From Gammaproteobacteria bacterium (GTDB lineage Bacteria > Pseudomonadota > Gammaproteobacteria > Eutrophobiales > Eutrophobiaceae): a stretch of 64,000 nucleotides of DNA. The position numbers and the translations under genes are program-made. Under the pieces are notes generated by a model. The model did no database searches. It worked only from the letters and a program-made list of their open reading frames with translations, and was not told the origin of the DNA. Shown here piece by piece: positions 53,970 to 63,263 of the stretch. The stretch is taken from assembly GCA_965116495.1 (NCBI GenBank), contig OZ220696.1, positions 1,728,001 through 1,792,000 of the forward strand. The letters are read 5' to 3'. The first letter of the stretch is position 1; every line of letters begins with the position of its first letter.

Positions 53970-54197
53970 ATGTCTGAAATCGACAAGATCAAAGAGGAGA
54001 TTGGCTGGCTGAAGGTAGTATTCGGACTGTTAATTGTCACTGATATTTCTTTGATCGGATGGATAGCCCGGAATATAGTTAAGATTCATAGCTTGGTTCT
54101 ATTTGCGGCCATCATCATAGTTGCATTAGTTACATTGATCATTATGGTAATTAACCGACGTGTATATAGAAAGCTCGACGATTTGGGAGACTTGTAA
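53970..54197 (+). CDS. Small two-TM hypothetical membrane protein
   Basis: 75 aa; AAGGA RBS; two hydrophobic segments; AT-rich. Confidence 0.65.
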   Translation: MSEIDKIKEEIGWLKVVFGLLIVTDISLIGWIARNIVKIHSLVLFAAIIIVALVTLIIMVINRRVYRKLDDLGDL

Positions 54198-54301
54198 TGG
54201 TATTAGGTGAATGGTTGGTTCTATTGGCGGGTCTTATATTCATAATCGGCATCAGCAAAATAGGCTGGGATATCGTTACTCATGACAAAAAGCGTCGCTG
54301 A
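54197..54301 (+). CDS. 34-aa single-TM peptide with basic tail
   Basis: TAATG overlap with the upstream stop; GGAG RBS; MVLGEWLVLLAGLIFIIGISKIGWDIVTHDKKRR. Confidence 0.5.
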   Translation: MVLGEWLVLLAGLIFIIGISKIGWDIVTHDKKRR

Positions 54302-54348
54302 CAGCTGACTTTTGCCTGCAAATCGGCGCATCGCAAATACAAACTGCT

Positions 54349-54801
54349 TTGCGACATCGTAAACCCCTGCAACTCGAATCATTCCTGCCCTACCGGTTGT
54401 CCCTGCTGTCGAATGCCGTCAGCGGCGCCATCGCTGCTGTCTATGGGGACAAGTTCGCCATTTCCATGCCGGAGTGGCGCATCATGATGATCCTGGCGGA
54501 ATACCCGGACGTGTCGGCCGATGAGGTGTGCCGGCGCACAAAAATAGAAAAATCCGTGGTCTCCCGCGCCGTGGCGCGGTTACTCAAGCGTCATTTCATC
54601 AACCGTGAAATCGATGAAGATGACAGGCGCCGTTCAATCCTGAGACTTTCCGAAACCGGCTTATCCGTTTATGATGAAGTGATGCCCATAGCCAGGGATT
54701 ATGAAGCAAAATTATTATCCGGTTTGACCGCTGAAGAGATGGAAACCTTCAACACCATGATTGACAAACTGCTGGAAAAGGCATCCCGTATTGAATACTG
54801 A
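54349..54801 (+). CDS. MarR family regulator (paralog of 21460-21903)
   Basis: FLPYRLS...PEWRI...SADEVC...KSVVSRAV...DRRRSIL. Confidence 0.9.
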   Translation: MRHRKPLQLESFLPYRLSLLSNAVSGAIAAVYGDKFAISMPEWRIMMILAEYPDVSADEVCRRTKIEKSVVSRAVARLLKRHFINREIDEDDRRRSILRLSETGLSVYDEVMPIARDYEAKLLSGLTAEEMETFNTMIDKLLEKASRIEY

Positions 54802-54817
54802 CAAAGCAGTTCTAAAA

Positions 54818-54841
54818 GGGGACGGAATTAATTCCGTCCCC
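54818..54841. repeat. REP family A perfect palindrome
   Basis: GGGGACGGAATTAATTCCGTCCCC. Confidence 0.8.
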
Positions 54842-54909
54842 CGCCTGCACTGCGTTCCCCACCCGTCCTGCGTCACTAACGCATCATGCAATTTAACTGG
54901 AGATGAACT

Positions 54910-55998
54910 ATGGAATTAGCCGTACTCGGCGGCGGACATGGCAGTTATGCCGCCGCCGCGACCCTCACCGAACAAGGTCACCAGGTGCGTTTCTGGCGCC
55001 GCAACAGTGAGGCCTTCGAACCGGTACTGAAATCAAAATCCATTACCGTCCTCGACAGTAAAGGCAAACGGGACGTGGAAATCCATCGGGTTACGACCAA
55101 CCTCGCCGAAGCTGTAGACGGCGTGGAGTTAATCGTCATTCCCCTGCCGGCGTCGGTCCATGAAGCCCTGGCCCGGGAACTGGCGCCCCACCTGAAAGAC
55201 GGCCAGGTCGTCTACCTGCCGCCGGGCACTTTCGGCAGCTACCTGTTTGCCCGGGCCATGCGTGACGCAGGCAACCAGGCTGACGCCAGTTTTGCGGAAA
55301 CCGGCACGTTGCCTTACCTGGCCCGGAAACGCGCGGCTGACCTGGTCGCCATCAGCGGCTATGCCACGCGTCTGCCCAGCGGCGTCTTCCCGGCAAAAAA
55401 CTCGCAGCACGCCTTTCCGATACTGGAGCAGGCATACCCGGTCATAGAACGTATCGAAGACGCCCTGAGCGGGGCCCTGATGAATGCCGGACCGATAATT
55501 CACCCGCCATTAATCATGATGAACGCCGGTCCCATGGAGCATTTTGACGAGTGGGACATCCATAACGAAGGCACGCAACCTTCTATCCGGCGCGTCACGG
55601 ATGTACTTGATTCAGAGCGGATTGCCATCCGCGAGGCATTCGGTTATGCCCCGCCCCATTTCCCCCTGGCCGACCATTACAGCCTGGGCGGTGATGAGTG
55701 GATGTACGGCAACGCCGCCCATGAAAGACTGACGGACAGTGCGGACTGGCGCGAATACATCGACCTGATAAACCACCGTTATATGACCGAAGACATGGAA
55801 CTGGGGCTGGCCCTGCTGGTTTCCTGCGCCGATTACCATGGGCTGGACACACCCGTATCCCGCGGCCTGCTGGCGCTCGGGTCGGCGATAACGGGACGGG
55901 ATTTCCGTGAGACGGGTCGCACCCTGGGAAACCTGGGCCTGGCGCACCTGGAGCGTTCAGAGCTGACGGAATTGCTGTATAAAGGTATCCGCAGATGA
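54910..55998 (+). CDS. NAD/NADP opine (octopine/nopaline) dehydrogenase family
   Basis: AVLGGGHG Rossmann motif, ETGTLPY, NAGPIIHPP, HRYMTED, GRTL. Confidence 0.85.
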   Translation: MELAVLGGGHGSYAAAATLTEQGHQVRFWRRNSEAFEPVLKSKSITVLDSKGKRDVEIHRVTTNLAEAVDGVELIVIPLPASVHEALARELAPHLKDGQVVYLPPGTFGSYLFARAMRDAGNQADASFAETGTLPYLARKRAADLVAISGYATRLPSGVFPAKNSQHAFPILEQAYPVIERIEDALSGALMNAGPIIHPPLIMMNAGPMEHFDEWDIHNEGTQPSIRRVTDVLDSERIAIREAFGYAPPHFPLADHYSLGGDEWMYGNAAHERLTDSADWREYIDLINHRYMTEDMELGLALLVSCADYHGLDTPVSRGLLALGSAITGRDFRETGRTLGNLGLAHLERSELTELLYKGIRR

Positions 55999-56098
55999 CG
56001 CAGATTACCGCAGATTTCTTATGCCGGAAGGGGGACAGTGATCATGGATGTAAATCTACGATGGCGTTCTTTTTGAGGCTTGGTTCCCGGGGTATTCG

Positions 56099-57085
56099 AT
56101 GACGGATAGGCACATACTGGCCGTGGGTGCCGGACGCATGGGCAGAGGTATCGCCCACATGTTCTCCTACGCGGGTTACCCGGTTACGCTTCTTGACGTA
56201 AAGGACCGCGACGGAGACGGGTTCGGGCAACTGGTCGAAGCCGCACTGGCTGAAATCGAATCAAATCTCATGTTCCTGTCCGGGCTTGGTCACATTACAC
56301 AGGCCCAGGTAAATAAAGTCATCGAACTCGTTCAGATCAGACCGCTTGCGAGTGCCGCTGATGAGCTTGCCGCGGCTGATGTCATTATCGAAGCGGTGCC
56401 GGAGACCCGGGAGGCGAAACAGAAGGCGCTCGAACTGATCGGTGAGCATGCCCGGGATGATGCCATCGTGACCTCGACAACCTCTTCAATGGTGGTGACC
56501 GAACTCGCACAGTGGGTAGCGCGGCCGGATCGTTTCCTGAACACGCATTTTCTCAACCCTGCATACCTTATTCCTCTGGTGGAGGTCAGTCCCTCCCCGG
56601 ATACCGAGGAAAGCGCGGTAACAGACATCATCGCCCTGTTTGAAGCAATCGGCAAAGTACCGGTACGGTGTTCGGCCGCGCCGGGCTATATCATCCCGCG
56701 GCTGCAATCCCTGCTGATGGCGGAAGCCTGCCGCATGGTGGAAGAAGGTGTGGCCACGCCGGAAGAACTCGACAAGGCCATCACCCACGGCTTCGGTCCG
56801 CGTTATGCCTCCCTGGGTGTGATGGAGTTCATCGACTGGGGCGGAGTAGACATCCTCTACTACGCCGGCCACTACCTGTCCAAGGCACTGGATTCCCCGC
56901 GCCATGCCCCGCCTGAGGAGGTAACAAGGATGATGGAAGACGGGCGCAAAGGGCTGCGCGAAGGACGGGGGTACTACGATTTCCGCGACATCGACGTAAA
57001 CGCCTGGCAAAAGGAAAAGCTGACCCGATTCGTGACCCTGCTGGACAGCCTGGGGCAAATACCCAGGCCCGGCGTTGGAGAATAA
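56099..57085 (+). CDS. 3-hydroxyacyl-CoA dehydrogenase family
   Basis: GAGRMGRGIA, EAVPE...K, STTSS, HFLNPA..IPLVE, PGYI. Confidence 0.88.
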   Translation: MTDRHILAVGAGRMGRGIAHMFSYAGYPVTLLDVKDRDGDGFGQLVEAALAEIESNLMFLSGLGHITQAQVNKVIELVQIRPLASAADELAAADVIIEAVPETREAKQKALELIGEHARDDAIVTSTTSSMVVTELAQWVARPDRFLNTHFLNPAYLIPLVEVSPSPDTEESAVTDIIALFEAIGKVPVRCSAAPGYIIPRLQSLLMAEACRMVEEGVATPEELDKAITHGFGPRYASLGVMEFIDWGGVDILYYAGHYLSKALDSPRHAPPEEVTRMMEDGRKGLREGRGYYDFRDIDVNAWQKEKLTRFVTLLDSLGQIPRPGVGE

Positions 57086-57103
57086 GGAATGTCTGGATGA
57101 CTT

Positions 57104-57204
57104 GATTCCGGCATTCGCCGGAATGACGGCCGCCTCTCTCGTCATGCCGGGCGCATATCGTCATGCCGGGCGCGTATCGTCGTGCCGGGCTTGACCCGGC
57201 ATCC
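57104..57204. repeat. REP family D cluster
   Basis: GATTCCGGCATTCGCCGGAATGAC, then three tandem TCGTC(A/G)TGCCGGGC units ending CTTGACCCGGCATCC. Confidence 0.85.
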
Positions 57205-57215
57205 AGTCATACAGG

Positions 57216-57836
57216 CTAATCAGTCCGGATGATGCCGTTAACCTTCATATAGTTGACGATTATTTCAACCTCTTCCGCAAGCGTCATACTGTCGGTATGG
57301 AGATGGATTTCCGGGCTTTCCGGTTCCTCGTAAGGGTCGTCGATCCCGGTAAAGTTCCTGATCTCCCCTGCCCTGGCTTTCCTGTACAAGCCCTTGGGGT
57401 CGCGCTGCTCCGCCACATCCAGGGAACAATCCACGTGGACTTCGATAAAATCGAAGCCCGCATCCTGGTGCAGTTCCCGCACGCGGTCACGGTCCTCGCG
57501 GTAAGGGCTGATAAAGGCGGACAGGACCAGCAGACCCGCATCCACGAACAGTTTCGAGATCTCGCCGATACGGCGGATATTCTCGGTCCGATCCTCCGCG
57601 GAGAACCCCAGGTTCCTGTTGATACCCATACGGATATTGTCGCCGTCCAGCCGGTAGCTCAATTTGCCGCGTTCGTACAGGGCTGCCTCGAGCGCGACGG
57701 CTATGGTGCTCTTGCCGCTACCCGACAAGCCGGTAAACCAGAGCGTCGCGCCTTTCTGCCCCAGAAACCGGTTCCGGTCCTCCCGGGTGATGTCTCCTTC
57801 ATGCCAGTGGACGTTGGTCGCTTTTTGTTTTGTCAT
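57216..57836 (-). CDS. cysC: Adenylyl-sulfate kinase
   Basis: [40 protein letters not shown]; start at MTKQK. Confidence 0.94.
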   Translation of the reverse strand: MTKQKATNVHWHEGDITREDRNRFLGQKGATLWFTGLSGSGKSTIAVALEAALYERGKLSYRLDGDNIRMGINRNLGFSAEDRTENIRRIGEISKLFVDAGLLVLSAFISPYREDRDRVRELHQDAGFDFIEVHVDCSLDVAEQRDPKGLYRKARAGEIRNFTGIDDPYEEPESPEIHLHTDSMTLAEEVEIIVNYMKVNGIIRTD

Positions 57837-57936
57837 ATGTTGGTTCCGTGTTTCACCGTTCCAGTCTGCCGGATAGTTTGAAGTCAGTTTAACATGTAAC
57901 ATAATCCCCAATTGCAAGCAGAATACATCTAACAGA

Positions 57937-59118
57937 GTGAATAACGACAGAAATCCGGTAGTCATCAGTTATGCTGCCACCAGGGTGGGACGGCTGGAAC
58001 AAAAACGGTTTGAACACGAAATCCTGGCGGACATGGTCATCGATGCCGTGCGCACTGCCGGACTCGACAAGACTGATATCGGTTCCGCCGTATTTACCGC
58101 ACCGACACCAGCCACACGCCAACGGGCTTTCGCCACGTTCATGGCGAGCCGGTTGGGGTTACACTGTCAGGGACAGATAGCGGAAGTCAGCAACCTGGGC
58201 ATTACCGGCGGCCTGGCATTCGAGCAGGCCTGCGCCGATGTAGCCGGCGGGCGGGCCCGGGTTGCGCTGGCGCTTGGGATAGAGTACAGCAGCGCCGTCG
58301 ATGCCGCGACCATGATGGAACAGGGGATTCGGGCCGCCGGTGACGTGAATTTCCAGACACCCTTCGGCCTGACGCCTATCGCCTGGTACGCGCTGGACGC
58401 CGACCGTTACCTGTACGAGACCGGGACCACCCGCCGGGACCTGGCCGCAATCGCGGTCAAGAACCGCCAACATGCCATGCTCAATCCCCTGGCCCAGTTT
58501 CAGACCCCGCTGACTGTCGCAGACGTCCTGGAACAACCCCCGATCGTTGAGCCGCTCGGGCGCTACGACGTGCCGGCGCGCAGCGATGGCGCTATCTGCA
58601 TGGTAATCACGTCGGAAGCGGTTGCCCGCGGGCTGGACAAACCCTTCCTGCGCGTGCTGGGACGAGGCTTTTCCCATGACGGGCGCCACCAGATGGGATC
58701 GTCGCCTCATGACATCACCGATTTTCCCGCTGCCCGGCAGGCGACGGCGACGGCCCTGGAAGACGCCGCCGTTAACCTCGAACAGGTTGATGTCGCCGAG
58801 TTGTATGCCCCCTGCACGATCACGGAAGCGCTGGTCGTCGAAGCAATCGGGCTGGCAGGAAAAGGCAGGGGAGCTATCGCCGCAGTCGACGGCGAGACTG
58901 CCATCGGCGGGCGCATCCCGGTATGCACGTCCGGCGGCTGCCTGTCACGGGGGCATCCGCCCGGACTGACCGCACTGTACGGCATCGCCGAGTTATTCGA
59001 CCAACTCCTGCACAGGGCAGGCGAACGCCAGGTTGCCGGTGCCGGACTGGGACTGCACCTGTGCGAACTGGGAAATTACAACGCCGCCCTCGCCCACGTA
59101 ATGGACGCAGGTAACTGA
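57937..59118 (+). CDS. Thiolase-superfamily protein (SCP-x/Ltp2-like, no nucleophilic Cys)
   Basis: [32 protein letters not shown]; SNLGITGG where xNxCxSG is expected. Confidence 0.85.
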   Translation: MNNDRNPVVISYAATRVGRLEQKRFEHEILADMVIDAVRTAGLDKTDIGSAVFTAPTPATRQRAFATFMASRLGLHCQGQIAEVSNLGITGGLAFEQACADVAGGRARVALALGIEYSSAVDAATMMEQGIRAAGDVNFQTPFGLTPIAWYALDADRYLYETGTTRRDLAAIAVKNRQHAMLNPLAQFQTPLTVADVLEQPPIVEPLGRYDVPARSDGAICMVITSEAVARGLDKPFLRVLGRGFSHDGRHQMGSSPHDITDFPAARQATATALEDAAVNLEQVDVAELYAPCTITEALVVEAIGLAGKGRGAIAAVDGETAIGGRIPVCTSGGCLSRGHPPGLTALYGIAELFDQLLHRAGERQVAGAGLGLHLCELGNYNAALAHVMDAGN

Positions 59119-59120
59119 CC

Positions 59121-59534
59121 ATGGAAATTATCAAGGTCCCGAAACGCCTCCCTCTTATGGCGGAATATTCCGGGTTCACCAAAACATTCCGGCAAGGGCT
59201 TGAGTCGGGGAAATTCCTGACGACAGCGTGCTCTTCATGCGGGGAATTGACGTTCCCACCCAAAAAACACTGTCCGGACTGCTGGTCGGATGAAATGAGT
59301 TGGATTGAACTGTCGGGTGAGGGAATCCTGTATGCAAGAACCACCATCCATGCCGCCGCCCCACAGTTCCGGGACGAAGTGCCGTTCAGCGTCGGTATTG
59401 TGGACCTGGAAGAAGGCATCAGACTGGTTACGGGATTAATCGATGAACCTGTGCGCATCAACAACGATGACGCAATCAGGCTGGTCATACTGTCTTACGA
59501 AGACGGGTTGTTGTTCGCGGCAAAACCGGCATAA
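59121..59534 (+). CDS. DUF35 Zn-ribbon/OB-fold acyl-CoA-binding protein
   Basis: CSSC...FPPK..CPDC, W.ELSG.G.LY, VDLEEG. Confidence 0.9.
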   Translation: MEIIKVPKRLPLMAEYSGFTKTFRQGLESGKFLTTACSSCGELTFPPKKHCPDCWSDEMSWIELSGEGILYARTTIHAAAPQFRDEVPFSVGIVDLEEGIRLVTGLIDEPVRINNDDAIRLVILSYEDGLLFAAKPA

Positions 59535-59668
59535 CAGATATTCAGGGATCAATGGGGTCAGACTCGATTGATTTTCCCGTTATGGTTGCCCTGCATAGTG
59601 AAAATGCGGCATCGCATAAATTTCTGTTAACATAAGATACTAGAATAAATACTAATAGATCTTTCCTC

Positions 59669-62077
59669 ATGGGGGTCGTTGTGCACAAAAAGTATCTCGC
59701 GGCGGTTATTTCCGGTCTCTTTTTAATGTTGGTCTCCACCCTGTCCAGTGCCCAGACAATGCTTGAAGAAGTTGTGGTGACTGCCCAGAAACGCGAACAG
59801 TCCATCCAGGATGTGCCGATTTCCGTTAGTGCGCTCAGCAGCGAGGACCTGGCTGCTAACCTGGTAACCGATGTATTTGATTTACGCCAGGCAGTACCGG
59901 CGCTGGAAGTCCGCTCTGTCGACCCGCCATCCCAGGGCGCGTCGTTTTCGTTGCGTGGCCTCGGAACATCGGTATTCAATATGGGTTTCGAGCCCACTGT
60001 TGCCACCTTTATCGACGGCGTCTACCGCAGTCGTAGCGGCCTGACTACCGTGTTTGACCTGTTCGACCTGGAGCGGGTAGAGGTATTGAAAGGCCCCCAG
60101 GGTACCTTGTTCGGCAAGAACTCCACGGCCGGCGTCGTGCATTTCATTACCAATAAACCGGAACTGGGTGAAATGGACGTAATGGCCCAGGCTACCTACG
60201 AGGAGCACGATCGTTTTCGTTTCAACGGCATGGTGAACGTACCCGTGAGTGAGACCCTGGCCGCACGCATATCGGCCTCGGTCGGTACCGGTGATGGCTG
60301 GATCGACAATCTCTCAACCGGCAAGGATGAACGCGACCTGGACCGCTGGACCATCAAGGGCCAGTTGTTGTGGGAACCCGATGAGAACCTGAGCGTACGC
60401 CTGTCAGCGGATTACAGCGAACTGGAAGAGTCCTGTTGCCAGCCGCTCGATATCATCAGCGACCCGTTTGTGCCGATCGTGAACCTGCCCCTGGCGCAGG
60501 CCAATGGCTCCACCGAGAAACATCCTGCTGATATCGATGACCTTGAATCCTCGTCCAACTTCTCGTCAATCTGGGATGCTGAAGACCGGGGTTTTTCCGC
60601 GGAGATCAACTGGGATATCGGAAACGTGACGGTGACGTCTATTACGGCATACCGGGATTATGAAGATATCAACATCAAGGATAACGATTTCGGCGGTGTG
60701 GATATCCTGCGTACCCAGCAGAACATGCCGGAGATCAGCCTGCTGTCGGAAGAATTCCGGCTCCACGGATTGCTTGAGGGCATCCCGTTCGGACAATCTC
60801 TGGATTGGACCCTGGGTCTCTACTACGCGAGCGAAGATATTAAACGCTCAAATGAGTTCGTCTGGGCATCACAGATCACGTCGCTTCCCCAGTTCCCGCC
60901 TTTTCTCCCACCCGGTTTCTTCGGGGGCCAACCCGGCCGGGCATTTCTGGCCAGCTTTGAACACGAAGACGAGACATTCGCGATTTTTGCCCACGGCACG
61001 CTGGAGGTGACCGACAAGCTTGCCATAACGGGTGGATTCCGCTGGACCCGGGATGAGAAGAAAGCAAGCCTGGTTAATGACCACCCTGCCAATAATGTCG
61101 GCTTTCTCGGTCTCGGGTTTCCTCCGTTTAATTACAACGTCTTCCCCCTGCAGGTGGTCCACGACTACACTGCGAAGACAGAAAACGAGGAGCCTACCGG
61201 AACCGCAAGTATCCAGTATGACTGGACCGACAATATCATGACTTTCTTCACCTACAGCCACGGCTTCAAGGCGGGTGGTGTAAGCCTGACACGCGACGCG
61301 GCAGGACCAATGATCGCACTGGGTTCGCCTGCCGGATGCCCACCGGGCGGTACACCGATTGGTCCGGTGTGCGGCTTTGCCGTTGCCGGTGATCCCACTT
61401 TCCGGCCGGAATTCGCCGACCACTATGAGATTGGCGTCAAATCCACCTTGCTCAATGATCGACTGCGTCTGAACATCGCGGCCTGGCGCACCGATTTCGA
61501 GGACCTGCAGGTGCAGACCCTGCAGCCTACCGGTAATTTCGCGGTGGATAATATTGCCGGCGCCCGCTCCCAGGGTGTCGAAGTCGACGGCAACCTGCTG
61601 GTTACCGAAGGGTTACGCGTCAATGCCTCAATTCAATGGCTGGATGCAACCTTTGATGCAGGGATAGGGCCGTTGACCCCTACTCCGGGGTTTATCCCGT
61701 TGGGAGATGAGAACCTGCCGTTCTCCTCGGAGTGGACCGGCACCGTAGGCGCCCTCTTCGAGCAGCCCCTTGCAGATACCGGCTGGGAACTGTTTCTCGG
61801 CGGTAACGTGTTCTTTCGCAGCGAGCAATATAACTTCACCGAGCCCCGTTACGACCGCAAACTCGGTGGATTTGAACTCCTTAACCTGCAGGGCGGACTG
61901 CGTTCCGCGGATGGCAAGTGGGAAGTAAAAGGCTGGTGCCGCAACTGTGCCGACAAGCGCTATACCTGGAGCCAGTTCCAGATACCGTTTGACGGAACTA
62001 TCCTGGGGCACTCAAGCGTCTGGGGTCACCCGGCGCCGCCGCGCTTCATAGGCGGCACCGTAACCTTACGCTACTGA
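59669..62077 (+). CDS. TonB-dependent receptor
   Basis: Signal peptide, LEEVVVTAQKR, EVLKGPQGTLFGKN, C-terminal LRY; true start may be GTG at 59681. Confidence 0.93.
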   Translation: MGVVVHKKYLAAVISGLFLMLVSTLSSAQTMLEEVVVTAQKREQSIQDVPISVSALSSEDLAANLVTDVFDLRQAVPALEVRSVDPPSQGASFSLRGLGTSVFNMGFEPTVATFIDGVYRSRSGLTTVFDLFDLERVEVLKGPQGTLFGKNSTAGVVHFITNKPELGEMDVMAQATYEEHDRFRFNGMVNVPVSETLAARISASVGTGDGWIDNLSTGKDERDLDRWTIKGQLLWEPDENLSVRLSADYSELEESCCQPLDIISDPFVPIVNLPLAQANGSTEKHPADIDDLESSSNFSSIWDAEDRGFSAEINWDIGNVTVTSITAYRDYEDINIKDNDFGGVDILRTQQNMPEISLLSEEFRLHGLLEGIPFGQSLDWTLGLYYASEDIKRSNEFVWASQITSLPQFPPFLPPGFFGGQPGRAFLASFEHEDETFAIFAHGTLEVTDKLAITGGFRWTRDEKKASLVNDHPANNVGFLGLGFPPFNYNVFPLQVVHDYTAKTENEEPTGTASIQYDWTDNIMTFFTYSHGFKAGGVSLTRDAAGPMIALGSPAGCPPGGTPIGPVCGFAVAGDPTFRPEFADHYEIGVKSTLLNDRLRLNIAAWRTDFEDLQVQTLQPTGNFAVDNIAGARSQGVEVDGNLLVTEGLRVNASIQWLDATFDAGIGPLTPTPGFIPLGDENLPFSSEWTGTVGALFEQPLADTGWELFLGGNVFFRSEQYNFTEPRYDRKLGGFELLNLQGGLRSADGKWEVKGWCRNCADKRYTWSQFQIPFDGTILGHSSVWGHPAPPRFIGGTVTLRY

Positions 62078-62113
62078 AGCCAGCCTGCTCCAACGGAGCC
62101 CTGCTTATGAGAC

Positions 62114-62147
62114 AAGCCCCACAGACAGTCCGTCTGTGGGGCTTTTT
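62114..62147 (+). terminator. Rho-independent terminator
   Basis: AAGCCCCACAGAC-loop-GTCTGTGGGGC followed by TTTTT. Confidence 0.8.
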
Positions 62148-62214
62148 CGCGTATGTCATGGCCATGAGTGTCATACCGGGATCGCTGATTGTGAGACTGG
62201 CGCAGGCAGAGGGT

Positions 62215-63249
62215 ATGATTGCCTGGGAAAATACCACCAACCACACCAGGGAACGCTTGCACGCCATGGATGCGGTAATCAACCAGCAAGCTGACCCTGG
62301 TGAAGCCTATGAAAATTATATGGCTACTTTTTCACCCTCCGTACTCGCACACGGTTTGTTGCCCGGTGTCGCTGCCGATCACGCCGCGGTCAGGGAATTC
62401 TATCGCGGCTTGTTCGGCGCGTTCAAGGACAGCGTACTGGTCAGTGACGAGTTAATCGTTGCCGGCCCTATGGCGGCACAGCGCTATCATTCTCTCGGAT
62501 ATATGACGGGCACTTTCGACGGTGTGGCAATGGACCGCAAACTGGTTGCCATTCGTGGTCAGACGTTCTTCCGACTCGATGCAGACGGCCTGATTGCCGA
62601 GCGCTGGTCAAACCATGATCACGCCTACCGGCTTGCACAGATTAAGGGTGAATCTGCAGTCGAAGAAGGCAGGCGACTGACCGCATTGCTCAACGGACCG
62701 GGTTTGAGCGAACAGTCAGTTTACGACCGTCTGGTCTCCATGGCGGCAGCCTTCAACCTGATCCATGACCCGGATGAGCGTGAAACCCGCTTCCTCGCGT
62801 TCTTTGACAAGGATGTGGTCGTACATGGCATTAGCGCCGGACAGGCGCGACTGCGCGAGTTTGCGGATTATTGCCGGGCGCGCTGGCACGCGTTACCGGA
62901 CCTGGTCATCAATCTCGAGGCGAAACTCTCCGCCTGGTCCATGGGCGCCGTGCGCTGGCGGGCAACGGGCTCATTACGAGAACGCTATGACGATATTGAA
63001 CCCACCCGGGCACCGGTAACCCTGACCGGCGAAACGATACTGCGTTTCAACCAGGCGGGAAAGGTCTTGGAAATCTGGATCAACGATTCCGGGTTGCACG
63101 AACATACGACAAATCATGAAAAAAGAAATGCCTATTTTGGTGATCTCCATGTCCATACCCATTTGTCAGTAGATGCCTTCGCGTTCGGAGCGTTGGGATA
63201 CCCTGACGACACCTATCGTTATGCCCGCGGAGAACCCGGCAAAAAGTAA
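62215..63249 (+). CDS. Tandem SnoaL/NTF2-like (ester cyclase-type) protein running into a DUF3604 N-terminal stub
   Basis: Two repeats with ..VHG..., G.T..RF...G.I.E.W; tail RNAYFGDLHVHT.LS.DA...PDD.YRYARGE; ATG at 62215 (GAGGG RBS) lies downstream of the terminator. Confidence 0.7.
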   Translation: MIAWENTTNHTRERLHAMDAVINQQADPGEAYENYMATFSPSVLAHGLLPGVAADHAAVREFYRGLFGAFKDSVLVSDELIVAGPMAAQRYHSLGYMTGTFDGVAMDRKLVAIRGQTFFRLDADGLIAERWSNHDHAYRLAQIKGESAVEEGRRLTALLNGPGLSEQSVYDRLVSMAAAFNLIHDPDERETRFLAFFDKDVVVHGISAGQARLREFADYCRARWHALPDLVINLEAKLSAWSMGAVRWRATGSLRERYDDIEPTRAPVTLTGETILRFNQAGKVLEIWINDSGLHEHTTNHEKRNAYFGDLHVHTHLSVDAFAFGALGYPDDTYRYARGEPGKK

Positions 63250-63263
63250 CCTGTTGCAGGGCA

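Noticed and set aside
62107-62214. N-terminal extension of the SnoaL ORF as a signal peptide
   Set aside because: It spans the TonB gene's terminator; ATG 62215 has the RBS.
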